Origin: Candidatus Krumholzibacteriota bacterium
GTDB taxonomy: Bacteria > Krumholzibacteriota > Krumholzibacteriia > LZORAL124-64-63
Length of the DNA: 58,621 nucleotides
Assembly: GCA_039714075.1 (NCBI GenBank)
Contig: JBDLKA010000010.1
Coordinates: forward strand, 1-58,621
Reading direction: 5' to 3'
The translations under genes and the position numbers were made by a program. The notes below the pieces were generated by a model. It saw only the letters and a program-made list of their open reading frames with translations, had not been told where the DNA came from and searched no databases. Positions 19,394 through 29,168 of the stretch are shown one piece after another. How positions within the stretch are numbered: the stretch's first letter is position 1; every line of letters starts with the position of its first letter.

Positions 19394-20280
19394 TGCGCCT
19401 CACCGCCCCAGGCAAAGTTCAACCCGAACTGGTGCGTACTATCCAGGGTGCCGCCGCCGGTGGAGAAACCGTACTGCACGCCGAATCCCTTCAGGGTGTA
19501 ACCGAAGCCGGCGGTCAGCTTGTTGGGATTGGTGATGACGCCCGCCCGCAAGGCGAAACTTTCGATGATCGCCATTTCAACCCCGCCGTGATACTGCACG
19601 TCCTGGCCGAGTTCGTTGTCGAACTCGAAGGTCGTGACCACCCCGGCGTACGGTTCGTAGCTGACGCCCGCCACCAACCGTCGATGGAGTTCCTCCTCGT
19701 CCAGTCCGATCTGCGGATTGTTGAGGTTCTTGACCTGGAACCCCAGGCGGGTGCGCTTGTGCAGCGTCATCATGAAGCCCAGATCGATACCGAAGGCCGT
19801 ATCGCTGCCCGGGTCCAGTTCGTTCACGGACTGGCCCAGTTCGGCCTGGTACATATTCAGGGCGTACCCGAAATCGACCCGCGAGTGGTAATCGCTATAG
19901 AGATTGACCCCGTGGGCCAGGCTGATCTGGGTTTCCTTGAGCAGGCTGGTGTCCCGGTAGCCCACCTTGAAAATGCTCATACCCACGCCCAGATTTCCCC
20001 ATTTCTCGCTGAGGGGAATCCCGGTTCCGAAGTAGAAGAAATCAGTGAAATCGAGACGGAAGGGCTGCACGTAGCTGGCGGCAACCTCTCCCCCGTTCAT
20101 CTCACCGAGATTTCCGGGATTCAGGAAGGCCGCATGGGCGCCGTCATGAACCGCAACGGATGCTTCCCCCATGGCACGGGCCCGGGGGCTGACCATGGTG
20201 TTGTCGAAGAACGCACTTGCCGGCACAGTTGAGAGGCCGAGCATTGCCAGAGTCACGAGATATGTCAGTTTCCGAATCAT
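19390..20280 (-). CDS. PorV/PorQ-family outer-membrane barrel
   Basis: Signal peptide; SPRARAMGEA..A...AAFLNPG; FGIDLG; LRAG; STHQFGLNFAW. Confidence 0.78.
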   Translation of the reverse strand: MIRKLTYLVTLAMLGLSTVPASAFFDNTMVSPRARAMGEASVAVHDGAHAAFLNPGNLGEMNGGEVAASYVQPFRLDFTDFFYFGTGIPLSEKWGNLGVGMSIFKVGYRDTSLLKETQISLAHGVNLYSDYHSRVDFGYALNMYQAELGQSVNELDPGSDTAFGIDLGFMMTLHKRTRLGFQVKNLNNPQIGLDEEELHRRLVAGVSYEPYAGVVTTFEFDNELGQDVQYHGGVEMAIIESFALRAGVITNPNKLTAGFGYTLKGFGVQYGFSTGGGTLDSTHQFGLNFAWGGEAQ

Positions 20281-20292
20281 CGCTCACCCTCT

Positions 20293-23200
20293 CTAGTTGC
20301 TCAGCCGGGTGCCAACGACCACCGGCGCGGTTTTTTCTTCCATTTTCCCGGTCTCGACATCGACGATCGAAAGATGCAGGACGTACATGCCGGCCTTGAC
20401 CCTTTCGAAGAATGAATCCCGCCCGTCCCAGAGGATGGGATTGCCGGGATGTTCCGCGGAGCCTGGTGGATCGCCGTCGAAGCGGCTGTCGAACAGGGTT
20501 ACAACCACTCTTCCCTCGAGATCGAACACCCGCAGGCGGGTTTCGCTTTCGTCGGAAGGTGGCGCTGCAAACCGGATGGGAAACTCCTCGCCGAGATCCG
20601 GCAGGAAGGTCCGGGCGGGAACCCACAGCGGCAGGTCATAGACCGGGAGAATCTCCCCTTCGGAAGGATCGAACGCTCCCGGATTGCTGGATCTCGAAAT
20701 GAAGTTCCGGTTGAAGTTTTCGCTGGTCTCATCCCGGCCGTCCACACCGTTGCTGCCGGATGAGGCCTGGCCGTATTCCCACACACCCTCGCGCTGGTAC
20801 GAATTCCCCGCAGCATTCGCGGTTGTGAAGGCGCGGGATTCATTGGTTCCTTTTTCCGACAGGTATTCATGTCCACCGATGGTCTCACCCGTCTTGTCGA
20901 AGAACATTTCGGAAATGCCCGAGGCCGTGTCTTTCCAGGCGAAGACATCGACATCCGTGACCTTGTCCTCGCCGGCCAGGAAATGGTAGAGAACGACGGT
21001 CTCGGCCTCGTTTTCCAGCGTGGGTGTCGAGGTGGCGCTGTGGATACTGTTGTTGGCGGCGTCGCCGAATACGGGCTCCAAAGTGCCCTCGGTGCCGGAC
21101 CCGGTACCGTCGTCGAACAGGACCCAGTCAGGCGGAAATCCGTGCTCCTGTGCGAAGGTCCCACTGCCGGCCATGGCAACCACAATGGTACCGTTGGCCA
21201 TGATGGAGGAACCATCGGGGAACTGGGCATGGAAATCACCATCGGCACCTCCGCCTATGGTCGCGACCGAGGGATTCCCTTCCGCAATTTTCCAGTAGAA
21301 CTGCCCGCTATCCCTGTTGACGGCATCCGTCAGGAAAAACCCGAAGAGGTCCACCTTCTGGTTGTTCGGATTGTTGATTTCGATGAAATCAATCGAGGTC
21401 CCGCTGGTGCTGACTTCGGAAATCAGCAGCTTGGCCGCCTCGCCGACCACCGGGGGTCCGGACGGTCCGGACGGATCGTAGGGCATCATAGCGAAGGTGG
21501 TGTTGAAATTCTCGCTCGTCTCGTCACGACCATCCACCCCGTTGCTGCCCGTGGGGGTCTGGTCGCCCTCCGTGGGATCGGTGCGGTGATAGGAGTTCCC
21601 GAATTCGTTCTGCGTCCCGAAAGCATCGTTCACGTTGGTGCCGTTTTCCGGCAGATAGGAATGGCTGCCGACGGTCACGCCCGTCTTGTTGAAAAAGATG
21701 CTGGTAGTAGTCGAGGAGGGATCTTTCCACGCGAAAACGTCGATGTCGGTTACTTTGTCCTCGCCCGTGACGAAGTGATAGAGGATCACCGTCTCGGCCC
21801 CGTTGGTCAGGGTGGGTGTCGAACTGCTGCTGATGATGCTGTTGTTACCCTCGACGCCGAAAATGGGGAGCATATCCGGTACGTCGTCCGGGGCTCCATC
21901 GTCTTCCCACAGCTCCAGATCCGGATCAAAACCGAACTGATCATTGAAGGAAATGCTGCCGGCCACCGTGACTACGATCGTATCCTTGGCCGTAATGGTG
22001 AAACCCGCAGGGAACCGAGCGTGGAAGTCGGCGAAATCACCCCCACCGACCGTCGACTGGGAGGGGTTTCCCTCAGCAATACGGTAATAGTATTGATCAC
22101 CGCTGCTGTAGTTGGCATCGGTCAGGTAATAGTCACTGAGATCCACTTCCTCGTTGCCCGGATTGTAGATCTCGATGAATTCCTGCGAGGTCCCGAGCGT
22201 GCTGATTTCCGTCAGCAACAACTTGCCCGGACCGTCTCCCGCCACGACCGGCGGACCCACAGTCCAGGAGGAAACGAAAACCGGCGACCCGGCGGGATAA
22301 ACCGCGGTGATGGCCTCGGTATTGGTGGCCACGCAGTACCAGCTCACCACTGCATTTTCCACCTGGGCCGGAACCGTGGCGGACCAATCCTCGGCATTGA
22401 CGGGGGTGCCGGCAAGAACCTGCTCCGCGCCGCCGTCAACCGAATAACGGAATTCCACGCCCGTCACTTCGTCCTGGTCGACCACCGAAGCGGTCAGGGT
22501 CACCGTCTGGCCGTCGGCGGGCTCGGCGGGGCTGAATCCCCCTCCGGTAAAAATCGGAGCAGCCGGGAAAGGCGTGTTGGCCAGCGGGGGTTCATGGCCG
22601 ACGACGGTAGGGAACGTCGTGGCCAGGTTCTCGCTGGTTTCGTCGTGGCCGCTGATGCCGTTGCCGCCGGTGGTGATTTCGGTGCCCTCATCCGCGTCGA
22701 CCCGGCGCATGACGCTGCCGAAGGTCGGTCCGGCGGCAGCCGCCGCCTCCTGGGAACCGACAGACGTATCGGCCAGATAGGTTCCGCCGCCGATTACCAC
22801 ACCGGTCTTGTCGATGCGCGGGCTGACATTGGTCCCCCACACGAGATAGTCCAGATCCTGAACCAGATCCGAGGTGCCGTCCCAGGAGTAGAGAACCAGA
22901 CTCTCGGCCTGGTCGGAAAGTTCGGGCACGTTGCCGGCCCCGCCCAGGCCGGCGTTGATCGATCCCGGGTACGGTTCCACGAGCTCCGGAACATCGTCCG
23001 GAACGGTCCCGTCCTCGAACAGCTCGAAATCGGGCTTGCGTCCGTAGGCCTCGACATACTGGGTGCTGCCTTTCAGGGAAATGGCAATGCTGTCACCCGC
23101 CGCCAGCACGAAACCCGTGGGAAACCTGGCGTGAAAATCGCCGCCCACGCCGCCGCCGGGATTGGCCGTGGCCGGATCCAGGAGGGCAATGTTGTAATAG

Positions 23201-23454
23201 TAGGTCGACGGGGCGGTCGCGCCGTCGGTGAGATAGACGTTATCCATGGGTATGGGCGACCCGGTAGGATTCACGATCTCGATGAACGGGCTGCCGAAGC
23301 TGCTGTACGGGGTCCTGGTCTTGATCAGGACCTCGCTGATGATCAGGTGATCGGCCGGAGCGGCAACAGCCGCCGGGACGATGACACCGGTTGCGATCAA
23401 AGAAAATACCAGCAACCTGAAAGCCCGGGTAATTTCCCTACGAAAACTGGACAT
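20293..23454 (-). CDS. Secreted protein with three lamin-tail-domain-like repeats, an Ig-like linker and an FlgD/T9SS-like C-terminal domain
   Basis: Signal peptide; 3x [LxIxE..FIEIxNP..YLTD..DFHAxFP..ETSEN]; C-terminal LRVFDLEGRVV...WDGRD...GMYVL. Confidence 0.8.
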   Translation of the reverse strand: MSSFRREITRAFRLLVFSLIATGVIVPAAVAAPADHLIISEVLIKTRTPYSSFGSPFIEIVNPTGSPIPMDNVYLTDGATAPSTYYYNIALLDPATANPGGGVGGDFHARFPTGFVLAAGDSIAISLKGSTQYVEAYGRKPDFELFEDGTVPDDVPELVEPYPGSINAGLGGAGNVPELSDQAESLVLYSWDGTSDLVQDLDYLVWGTNVSPRIDKTGVVIGGGTYLADTSVGSQEAAAAAGPTFGSVMRRVDADEGTEITTGGNGISGHDETSENLATTFPTVVGHEPPLANTPFPAAPIFTGGGFSPAEPADGQTVTLTASVVDQDEVTGVEFRYSVDGGAEQVLAGTPVNAEDWSATVPAQVENAVVSWYCVATNTEAITAVYPAGSPVFVSSWTVGPPVVAGDGPGKLLLTEISTLGTSQEFIEIYNPGNEEVDLSDYYLTDANYSSGDQYYYRIAEGNPSQSTVGGGDFADFHARFPAGFTITAKDTIVVTVAGSISFNDQFGFDPDLELWEDDGAPDDVPDMLPIFGVEGNNSIISSSSTPTLTNGAETVILYHFVTGEDKVTDIDVFAWKDPSSTTTSIFFNKTGVTVGSHSYLPENGTNVNDAFGTQNEFGNSYHRTDPTEGDQTPTGSNGVDGRDETSENFNTTFAMMPYDPSGPSGPPVVGEAAKLLISEVSTSGTSIDFIEINNPNNQKVDLFGFFLTDAVNRDSGQFYWKIAEGNPSVATIGGGADGDFHAQFPDGSSIMANGTIVVAMAGSGTFAQEHGFPPDWVLFDDGTGSGTEGTLEPVFGDAANNSIHSATSTPTLENEAETVVLYHFLAGEDKVTDVDVFAWKDTASGISEMFFDKTGETIGGHEYLSEKGTNESRAFTTANAAGNSYQREGVWEYGQASSGSNGVDGRDETSENFNRNFISRSSNPGAFDPSEGEILPVYDLPLWVPARTFLPDLGEEFPIRFAAPPSDESETRLRVFDLEGRVVVTLFDSRFDGDPPGSAEHPGNPILWDGRDSFFERVKAGMYVLHLSIVDVETGKMEEKTAPVVVGTRLSN

Positions 23455-23622
23455 CGAGGCACACTCCCTTCAAGGGATCCGGAGCGAGGGGGTTCTTTTG
23501 TCGGGAGAGGGACAATAACGTCTGGAGGTGCCCTATTCAAGCCCTAAGTGTCTTGAAAAACACCTACTAAACGAGTTGAAATTGATAATGAAAACAGAGG
23601 AAATAATTCAACGGAAGGGGGT

Positions 23623-24075
23623 TCAGCCGACTTTGGAAAAGGCCGCCCGCAAAGCGTCGGGGGTCGAGGCGTTGCGCAGGCTCTGCAGAAATGATTCCTG
23701 ACGGACCAGGCGGGCCAGACGCGCCAGAACCCGCAGCATTTGACGGGGATCGCCTTCCGGGCCGACCAGGAGGATCACAACATCCACCGGAAGGCCGTCT
23801 TCCGAGGGGATATCCACCGGATCGGCCAGGGTGGCCACCGCCAGACGGACTTCGCGCACCCCCTTGAAACGGGCGTGCGGAATGACCAGGCCGCCCCCGA
23901 TGGCGGTGCTGCCCTCGTTCTCCCGGCGCATGATTTCCCGCGCCAGTTCCTCGGCCGAACCGACGACCTCGGCCTCCACGAGACCGTTCACCAGCCGTTC
24001 GACGGCTGCGGCGACGCTGTCGCAGTCCAGTTTGGGCAGGAATCCGCCCGGGGTGGTGTAATCCATCAATTTCAT
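23623..24075 (-). CDS. PTS IIA domain protein
   Basis: RRENEGSTAIGGGLVIPHAR. Confidence 0.88.
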   Translation of the reverse strand: MKLMDYTTPGGFLPKLDCDSVAAAVERLVNGLVEAEVVGSAEELAREIMRRENEGSTAIGGGLVIPHARFKGVREVRLAVATLADPVDIPSEDGLPVDVVILLVGPEGDPRQMLRVLARLARLVRQESFLQSLRNASTPDALRAAFSKVG

Positions 24076-24147
24076 GGTGCGAAAGTAATGGACCGGCGGC
24101 CCGGTGTCCAGAAAACGGACCCGGGCCGGGTCGGAAGGAACTTGATA

Positions 24148-25230
24148 TCAACCCTGGACGGATTCAGCCAACTCATCCACCTTGCCGGCCAGTTGGCTGA
24201 AGGCCTCCTTGACCGCGCTGCCGTCGACGGTCGCCGCAGGCTTGCCGGTGTCGCCCCCCTCGCGGATGATCGGGTCGATGGGAATCTCTCCCAGCAGGGG
24301 CAGCCCGAACTGGGACGCCACCCGGGCGCCGCCGCCCTGACCGAAAATATCGTACTTCTTGCCGGTCTCCGGGCACTCGAAGTAACTCATGTTCTCCACG
24401 ATGCCGAGCACCGGAACCTCGGTCTCCTTGAACATCATGATGCCGCGCCGCACATCGGCCAGCGCGACCTCCTGGGGCGTGGTGACCATGACCACTCCGG
24501 ACAGGGGCACCTGCTGGATCAGGGTCAACTGGGCGTCACCCGTTCCCGGAGGCATATCCACGATCAGGTATTCCAGATCGCTCCACTGCACGTCCTTCAG
24601 GAACTGGCGGATCGCGGAAAAAACCAGCGGACCCCGCCAGATCACCGGCTTGTCCGGCGGCAGCAGAAGACCCATGCTGATGATCTGGAGCCCGTGGGCC
24701 ATGACCGGCAGGATCTTCTTGTCCTCGGTGATTTCCGGTCCCTCCTGAATGCCCAGCATGGTGGGCACGCTCGGTCCGTAGACATCGGCGTCCAGCAAGC
24801 CGACCTTGTGGCCCCGCTCGGACAGGGCCAGGGCCAGATTGACCGCCACGGAGGATTTGCCGACCCCGCCCTTGGCGCTGGCCACGGCCACGACTTTTTC
24901 CACTCCCGGAAGTTTCTTCCGGTCGGCGAACGGGTCGGGCGACTGCCCGTGGGGACCGGTGGGCGCCTTCTGGGGCCGCGAACGGTCATCGATCGGCGCC
25001 TGGACCGACAGCACTCCCGGCAGGGCCGATACGGCCTGGATCACGCCTTCCTGGACCGCGGCGATGGTATCGTCCTTTTCGGTGGTCTTGACCACCGACA
25101 CCTTCACCTCGCCGCCGGTAATCTTGATTTCCCCGATGAGATTGATCGACACCACGTCCACCCGGGTGCCGGGAACCTTGACCTCCTTCAGGGCGGCCAT
25201 GACTGTTTCGGGATTGAGATTGTTACTCAC
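24148..25230 (-). CDS. mrp: Mrp/NBP35 (ApbC) Fe-S cluster carrier ATPase
   Basis: SAKGGVGKS, DADVYGPS, WRGP, DMPPGTGD, ENMSYFECP; GTG start at 25230 with AGGAG RBS. Confidence 0.93.
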   Translation of the reverse strand: MSNNLNPETVMAALKEVKVPGTRVDVVSINLIGEIKITGGEVKVSVVKTTEKDDTIAAVQEGVIQAVSALPGVLSVQAPIDDRSRPQKAPTGPHGQSPDPFADRKKLPGVEKVVAVASAKGGVGKSSVAVNLALALSERGHKVGLLDADVYGPSVPTMLGIQEGPEITEDKKILPVMAHGLQIISMGLLLPPDKPVIWRGPLVFSAIRQFLKDVQWSDLEYLIVDMPPGTGDAQLTLIQQVPLSGVVMVTTPQEVALADVRRGIMMFKETEVPVLGIVENMSYFECPETGKKYDIFGQGGGARVASQFGLPLLGEIPIDPIIREGGDTGKPAATVDGSAVKEAFSQLAGKVDELAESVQG

Positions 25231-25288
25231 TATCAACTCCTGACTTGGAGACTCGTCTGCTTGTGAACGAATCCGAAGTTCTTGTTGT

Positions 25289-25795
25289 TTATGACCGTTT
25301 GAGAGTTTCCAGTACCCGCCCCAGGATATGAGCGTGGTCAAAAGCCAGATCGGGCAGTCTCTTGACGGGGAACCAGCACGCGCTGGCCGCGTCGTCGCCT
25401 CCGGCCACCTCGGGAGGTTCGCCGATGAGGACCGCCACGTAGACCACCGAAACCGTGTGCCCTCGCGGATCCCGATCCGGTCGACCGAAGGTCCGGAACT
25501 GGCGGAAGGGCAAGCCCGTCAGTCCCGTCTCCTCCTCTATCTCCCGGTGCACGGCGTCCTCGATGTCTTCACCGTAATCGACAAACCCGCCGGGCAGGGC
25601 ATAACGCCCCTTGAAGGGCTCCCGGCCCCGTTCGATCAGCAGAACGGAAAAATGATCTCCCAGCACCCCCTCCGCCTGGCGCAGCAGAACCACGCCGTCC
25701 ACCGTCAGGGCGGGATTGCGGAACTGGTCCACCACGTCGCTGGCGGCGGCGTGGGCCCCGGTCTCCTGCGGCGGCGGTGTCTTGTCGGGAGCCAA
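25289..25795 (-). CDS. NUDIX hydrolase (ADP-ribose pyrophosphatase-like)
   Basis: ALPGGFVDYGEDIEDAVHREIEEETGL Nudix box; DRDPRGH; LAFDHA. Confidence 0.92.
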   Translation of the reverse strand: MAPDKTPPPQETGAHAAASDVVDQFRNPALTVDGVVLLRQAEGVLGDHFSVLLIERGREPFKGRYALPGGFVDYGEDIEDAVHREIEEETGLTGLPFRQFRTFGRPDRDPRGHTVSVVYVAVLIGEPPEVAGGDDAASACWFPVKRLPDLAFDHAHILGRVLETLKRS

Positions 25796-25798
25796 GTA

Positions 25799-26143
25799 TT
25801 ACCCCTGGTTGAATGAGGCGAGGGCTTCCTCGCAACTGTCGAAAGTCTCGAAGACCAGCTTCAACTGGGTGACGTTCAGGATATTGTCGATCCGGTCGCT
25901 GACCTGGCAGATCTTCAACTGCCCGCCGTTTTTCTTCAGCGTGTGGTAGGCCGACACCAGAATGCCCAGGCCGGTGGAATTCACCCAGCTGACCTTGTGA
26001 AGATCCAGCAGGATATCCACGTGGCCCGCACTGATCAGGGTCTTGATTTCCGTCTGGAATTTATCGTGATCCGGACCGCCCATGATCTTGCCGGACAGGT
26101 TCAGGACCATGACATCGTCCTTGAGATTCTGCTTGATATTCAA
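25799..26143 (-). CDS. STAS domain anti-sigma-factor antagonist
   Basis: LDLHKVSWVNSTGLGILV with the conserved phosphorylatable Ser; 114 aa. Confidence 0.9.
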   Translation of the reverse strand: MNIKQNLKDDVMVLNLSGKIMGGPDHDKFQTEIKTLISAGHVDILLDLHKVSWVNSTGLGILVSAYHTLKKNGGQLKICQVSDRIDNILNVTQLKLVFETFDSCEEALASFNQG

Positions 26144-26290
26144 TTCGCCCTCCTTATCGATGGTGGGTGTTTCCTGTGTGTTGATATATGATAAAGTCCA
26201 AAGCGCAGGTTTCCAACCCGGATTATCACCTCAGGGGGACAAATTCCCTTCCTTAACGGGATTCCGGGGGAAGTCGGGGGAGGTATTTCC

Positions 26291-27190
26291 ATGAGTACGA
26301 TTCGACAGCCGGTCCTCGGCGGCACCTGGTATCCGGCCGACCCGGTGGACCTGGCCGGCACCGCCGACGGATTCATCGCCGGGGCCGATCCGGGCGTCCG
26401 GCCGGCCGGCCGCCCCCTGCTGGCGGTGGTTCCCCACGCCGGTTACGTGTACAGCGGCCCGACCGCGGGCAAGTTGTTCGGGCTGTTGCGCGATACCCCT
26501 GTGCGGCGCGTATTTATTCTGGCTCCCAACCACCGGGTCGCCCTGGACAGGATCGCCCTGAGCGGCGCCGCTGCCTATGCCACCCCCCTGGGAGCGGTTG
26601 AGCTGGACCAGGCAGCCATCAGGCAACTGGAAGCAAATGAATCATTTACCGTAAACAACCAGGCGCATGCCCAGGAACATGCCGTCGAAATACAGTTGCC
26701 CCTGATGCAACGGACCTGGCCGGAGGCGGTGCCCCGGATCGTTCCCCTGCTGGTGCCGTCGATGCCCCCGGACGTGGCCCGGGAAGCGGCGGCCGCCCTG
26801 GCCCGTTTGGCCGATGACGGCACCCTCTTCCTGGTTTCCAGCGATTTCACCCACTACGGGGCCTCCTATGGCTATGTGCCCTTCACCACCGACCTGCCGG
26901 CCTCCCTGGAGGAACTGGATTCCGGGGCGATCCTGAAAATCCTGGCCGGTGACGCCGACGGTCTGCGCCGGTACGGCCGCGAGACCGGGATCACCATGTG
27001 CGGTCTGGAGGCGGCGGCCATCGCCCTGGATCATGATCTGCCCGCGGGGTACGAAGCGGCCCTGATCGACTACACCCGTAGCGGGGACCGGGACGGGGAC
27101 TATTCTCTTTCGGTAAGCTACGCTTCCATCCTGATTTGTGCCGGCGACGGCGACGCTCCGGTCGCGGGAGGTGACGGCCATGACCACTGA
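26291..27190 (+). CDS. amrB: AmmeMemoRadiSam system protein B (MEMO1 family)
   Basis: RQPVLGGTWYP, PHAGYVYSG, EHAVEIQLP, SSDFTHYG, ITMCG. Confidence 0.92.
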   Translation: MSTIRQPVLGGTWYPADPVDLAGTADGFIAGADPGVRPAGRPLLAVVPHAGYVYSGPTAGKLFGLLRDTPVRRVFILAPNHRVALDRIALSGAAAYATPLGAVELDQAAIRQLEANESFTVNNQAHAQEHAVEIQLPLMQRTWPEAVPRIVPLLVPSMPPDVAREAAAALARLADDGTLFLVSSDFTHYGASYGYVPFTTDLPASLEELDSGAILKILAGDADGLRRYGRETGITMCGLEAAAIALDHDLPAGYEAALIDYTRSGDRDGDYSLSVSYASILICAGDGDAPVAGGDGHDH

Positions 27191-27761
27191 CAAAACCGGT
27201 GCCAGAGACCTTTTGGAAGAGGAAAGGCTTTTCCTGAGGGAGATGGCCAGGCAGGCGGTGGAAGCCGCGGTCCACGGCCGGCCCGCCCCGGACGCAGCCG
27301 CCCTGGCCGCCGAATCCGGAATCGACCTCGACCCCCGGCTGAACTCCCATCGCGGCGCCTTCGTCACTTTGACTTCCGGCGGCAGATTGCGCGGGTGCAT
27401 CGGGTACATCGAGGGCATCAAACCCCTGGTGGACGCCGTGGCGGACAACGGGCGCAGCGCGGCGGTGCGGGATCCCCGGTTTGCCCCCGTTTCCCCCGGG
27501 GAACTCCCGGAAATCCATATCGAGGTCTCCGCCCTGACCCCCATGGTACCGGTCGCCGGACCCGGAGACATCGTCATCGGACGCCACGGCGTGGTCCTGG
27601 TCAAAGAGGGCCGGCGGGCCGTGTTCCTGCCCCAGGTGGCCCCCGAGCAGGGATGGGACGTCGACACCACCCTGACCCATCTGGCCCTCAAAGCTGGGCT
27701 GGAAGCGGACGCCTGGCGTCAGGGCGCCGAATTCCTGGTTTTCGAAGCTGATGTTTTCTAG
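27180..27761 (+). CDS. amrA: AmmeMemoRadiSam system protein A (AMMECR1 family)
   Basis: GAFVTL, LRGCIG, DPRF, GRHG, FLPQVA, LALKAG; ATG at 27180. Confidence 0.92.
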   Translation: MTTDKTGARDLLEEERLFLREMARQAVEAAVHGRPAPDAAALAAESGIDLDPRLNSHRGAFVTLTSGGRLRGCIGYIEGIKPLVDAVADNGRSAAVRDPRFAPVSPGELPEIHIEVSALTPMVPVAGPGDIVIGRHGVVLVKEGRRAVFLPQVAPEQGWDVDTTLTHLALKAGLEADAWRQGAEFLVFEADVF

Positions 27762-27881
27762 TTGTAGGAATCCCGCTTACAAGCTATTTTCTGGAGTCCC
27801 GAAACCTTTCGGCGGGGTATGCGTGTATCCTCACCCTGCGGGGTAATCAACCGATTCCATGTCCAGGAAAAGACGGTGACA

Positions 27882-29066
27882 ATGGGTCTTCTCGACAAAA
27901 TCCAGGATTTCCAACAGGCCAAGAAATTGATGGCTGCGGACCTCTACAACTACTTCCGGGTCATTGAGTCCGCCCAGGAGAATACCGTCCGGTTCCAGGG
28001 CAAGGAAATCATCATGCTGGGCAGCAACAACTACCTGGGGCTGACCAACCACCCCCGGGTAAAAGAGGCCGCCCAGAACGCCATCAGCAAGTATGGCACC
28101 GGTTGCGCGGGATCCCGCTTCCTGAACGGAACCCTGGACATACACATCGAACTCGAGGAAAAACTGGCGGCGCTGGTGGGCAAGGAAAAGGCCCTGGTCT
28201 TTTCGACGGGGTTCATGGTCAACCAGGGCGTGCTCAGTTCCCTGGCTGGACGCAAGGAATCCATCATCGTCGATCGTACGGACCACGCCTCGATCATCGA
28301 CGGCGCCCGCCTGTCCTTCGCCGATGTCCGCAAATTCCGCCACAACGACATGGAGAACCTGGAGCTGGTCCTCGAGAGCGAGAAGGACACCAACAAGCTG
28401 ATCATCGTCGACGGTGTCTTCTCCATGGAAGGCGATATCGCCAAACTGCCGGCCATCGTGGAATTGGCCGGCAAGTACGACGCCGTGCTGATGGTGGACG
28501 ACGCCCACGGCGTCGGCGTCCTCGGTGAAAACGGACGGGGCACCGCCAACCACTTCGGCCTTACCGACCAGGTCGATCTGATCATGGGCACCTTCAGCAA
28601 ATCCCTGGCTTCGGTGGGAGGATTCGTCGCCGGCGACGCCGACGTCATCCACTACATCCAGCACCTGGCCCGCGCCCTGATGTTCTCGGCCAGCATGCCC
28701 CCCGCATCGGTGGCTTCGGTTTCCGCGGCGGTCGACGTGATGCTCGAGGAATCCTGGCGGCATGAAGCCCTGTGGCACAACAACGACCTGATGCGCGAAC
28801 GCCTGGACGACGCCGGCTTCGACACCGGGCCCAGCGAAACACCCATCATCCCGGCGGTGGTCGGGGAAGACATGGTGGCTTTCACCATGTGCCGGCGCCT
28901 GATCGACGAGGGCGTGTTCGTCAACCCGGTGGTCAGCCCCGCCGTCGAACCCGGCAACGCGCTGATCCGCCTCAGCCTGATGGCGACCCACACCGAGGAC
29001 GAAATCAACCAGGCCATGGACATCATGGTCAAGGTGGGGCGCGAACTGGGCATCATTCCCGGTTGA
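27882..29066 (+). CDS. spt: Serine palmitoyltransferase (alpha-oxoamine synthase family)
   Basis: GSNNYLGLTNHP, YGTGCAGSRFLNGTLDIH, DHASIIDG, DGVFSMEGD, DDAHG, MGTFSKSLAS (PLP Lys), LIRLSLMATH; resembles Bacteroidota SPT; gene context supports the call. Confidence 0.8.
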   Translation: MGLLDKIQDFQQAKKLMAADLYNYFRVIESAQENTVRFQGKEIIMLGSNNYLGLTNHPRVKEAAQNAISKYGTGCAGSRFLNGTLDIHIELEEKLAALVGKEKALVFSTGFMVNQGVLSSLAGRKESIIVDRTDHASIIDGARLSFADVRKFRHNDMENLELVLESEKDTNKLIIVDGVFSMEGDIAKLPAIVELAGKYDAVLMVDDAHGVGVLGENGRGTANHFGLTDQVDLIMGTFSKSLASVGGFVAGDADVIHYIQHLARALMFSASMPPASVASVSAAVDVMLEESWRHEALWHNNDLMRERLDDAGFDTGPSETPIIPAVVGEDMVAFTMCRRLIDEGVFVNPVVSPAVEPGNALIRLSLMATHTEDEINQAMDIMVKVGRELGIIPG

Positions 29067-29107
29067 CGGCCATTCGCCGGCGGCGCCCGATTCGCGGCCG
29101 AACTGCG

Positions 29108-29151
29108 ACCGGGAGGATCTCGAATTCGTTCCGGAACCTCCCGGTTTTTTT
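29108..29151 (+). terminator. Terminator/attenuator-like hairpin between spt and the GNAT gene
   Basis: accgggagg...cctcccggt followed by a T-run. Confidence 0.55.
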
Positions 29152-29168
29152 CGACAAGGGAGAACGCG

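Noticed and set aside
27882..29066. BioF or Kbl annotation for the AOS enzyme
   Set aside because: There are no bio or tdh genes nearby; sequence motifs and bCerS/CerR-like neighbours favour Spt, although this is not proven.
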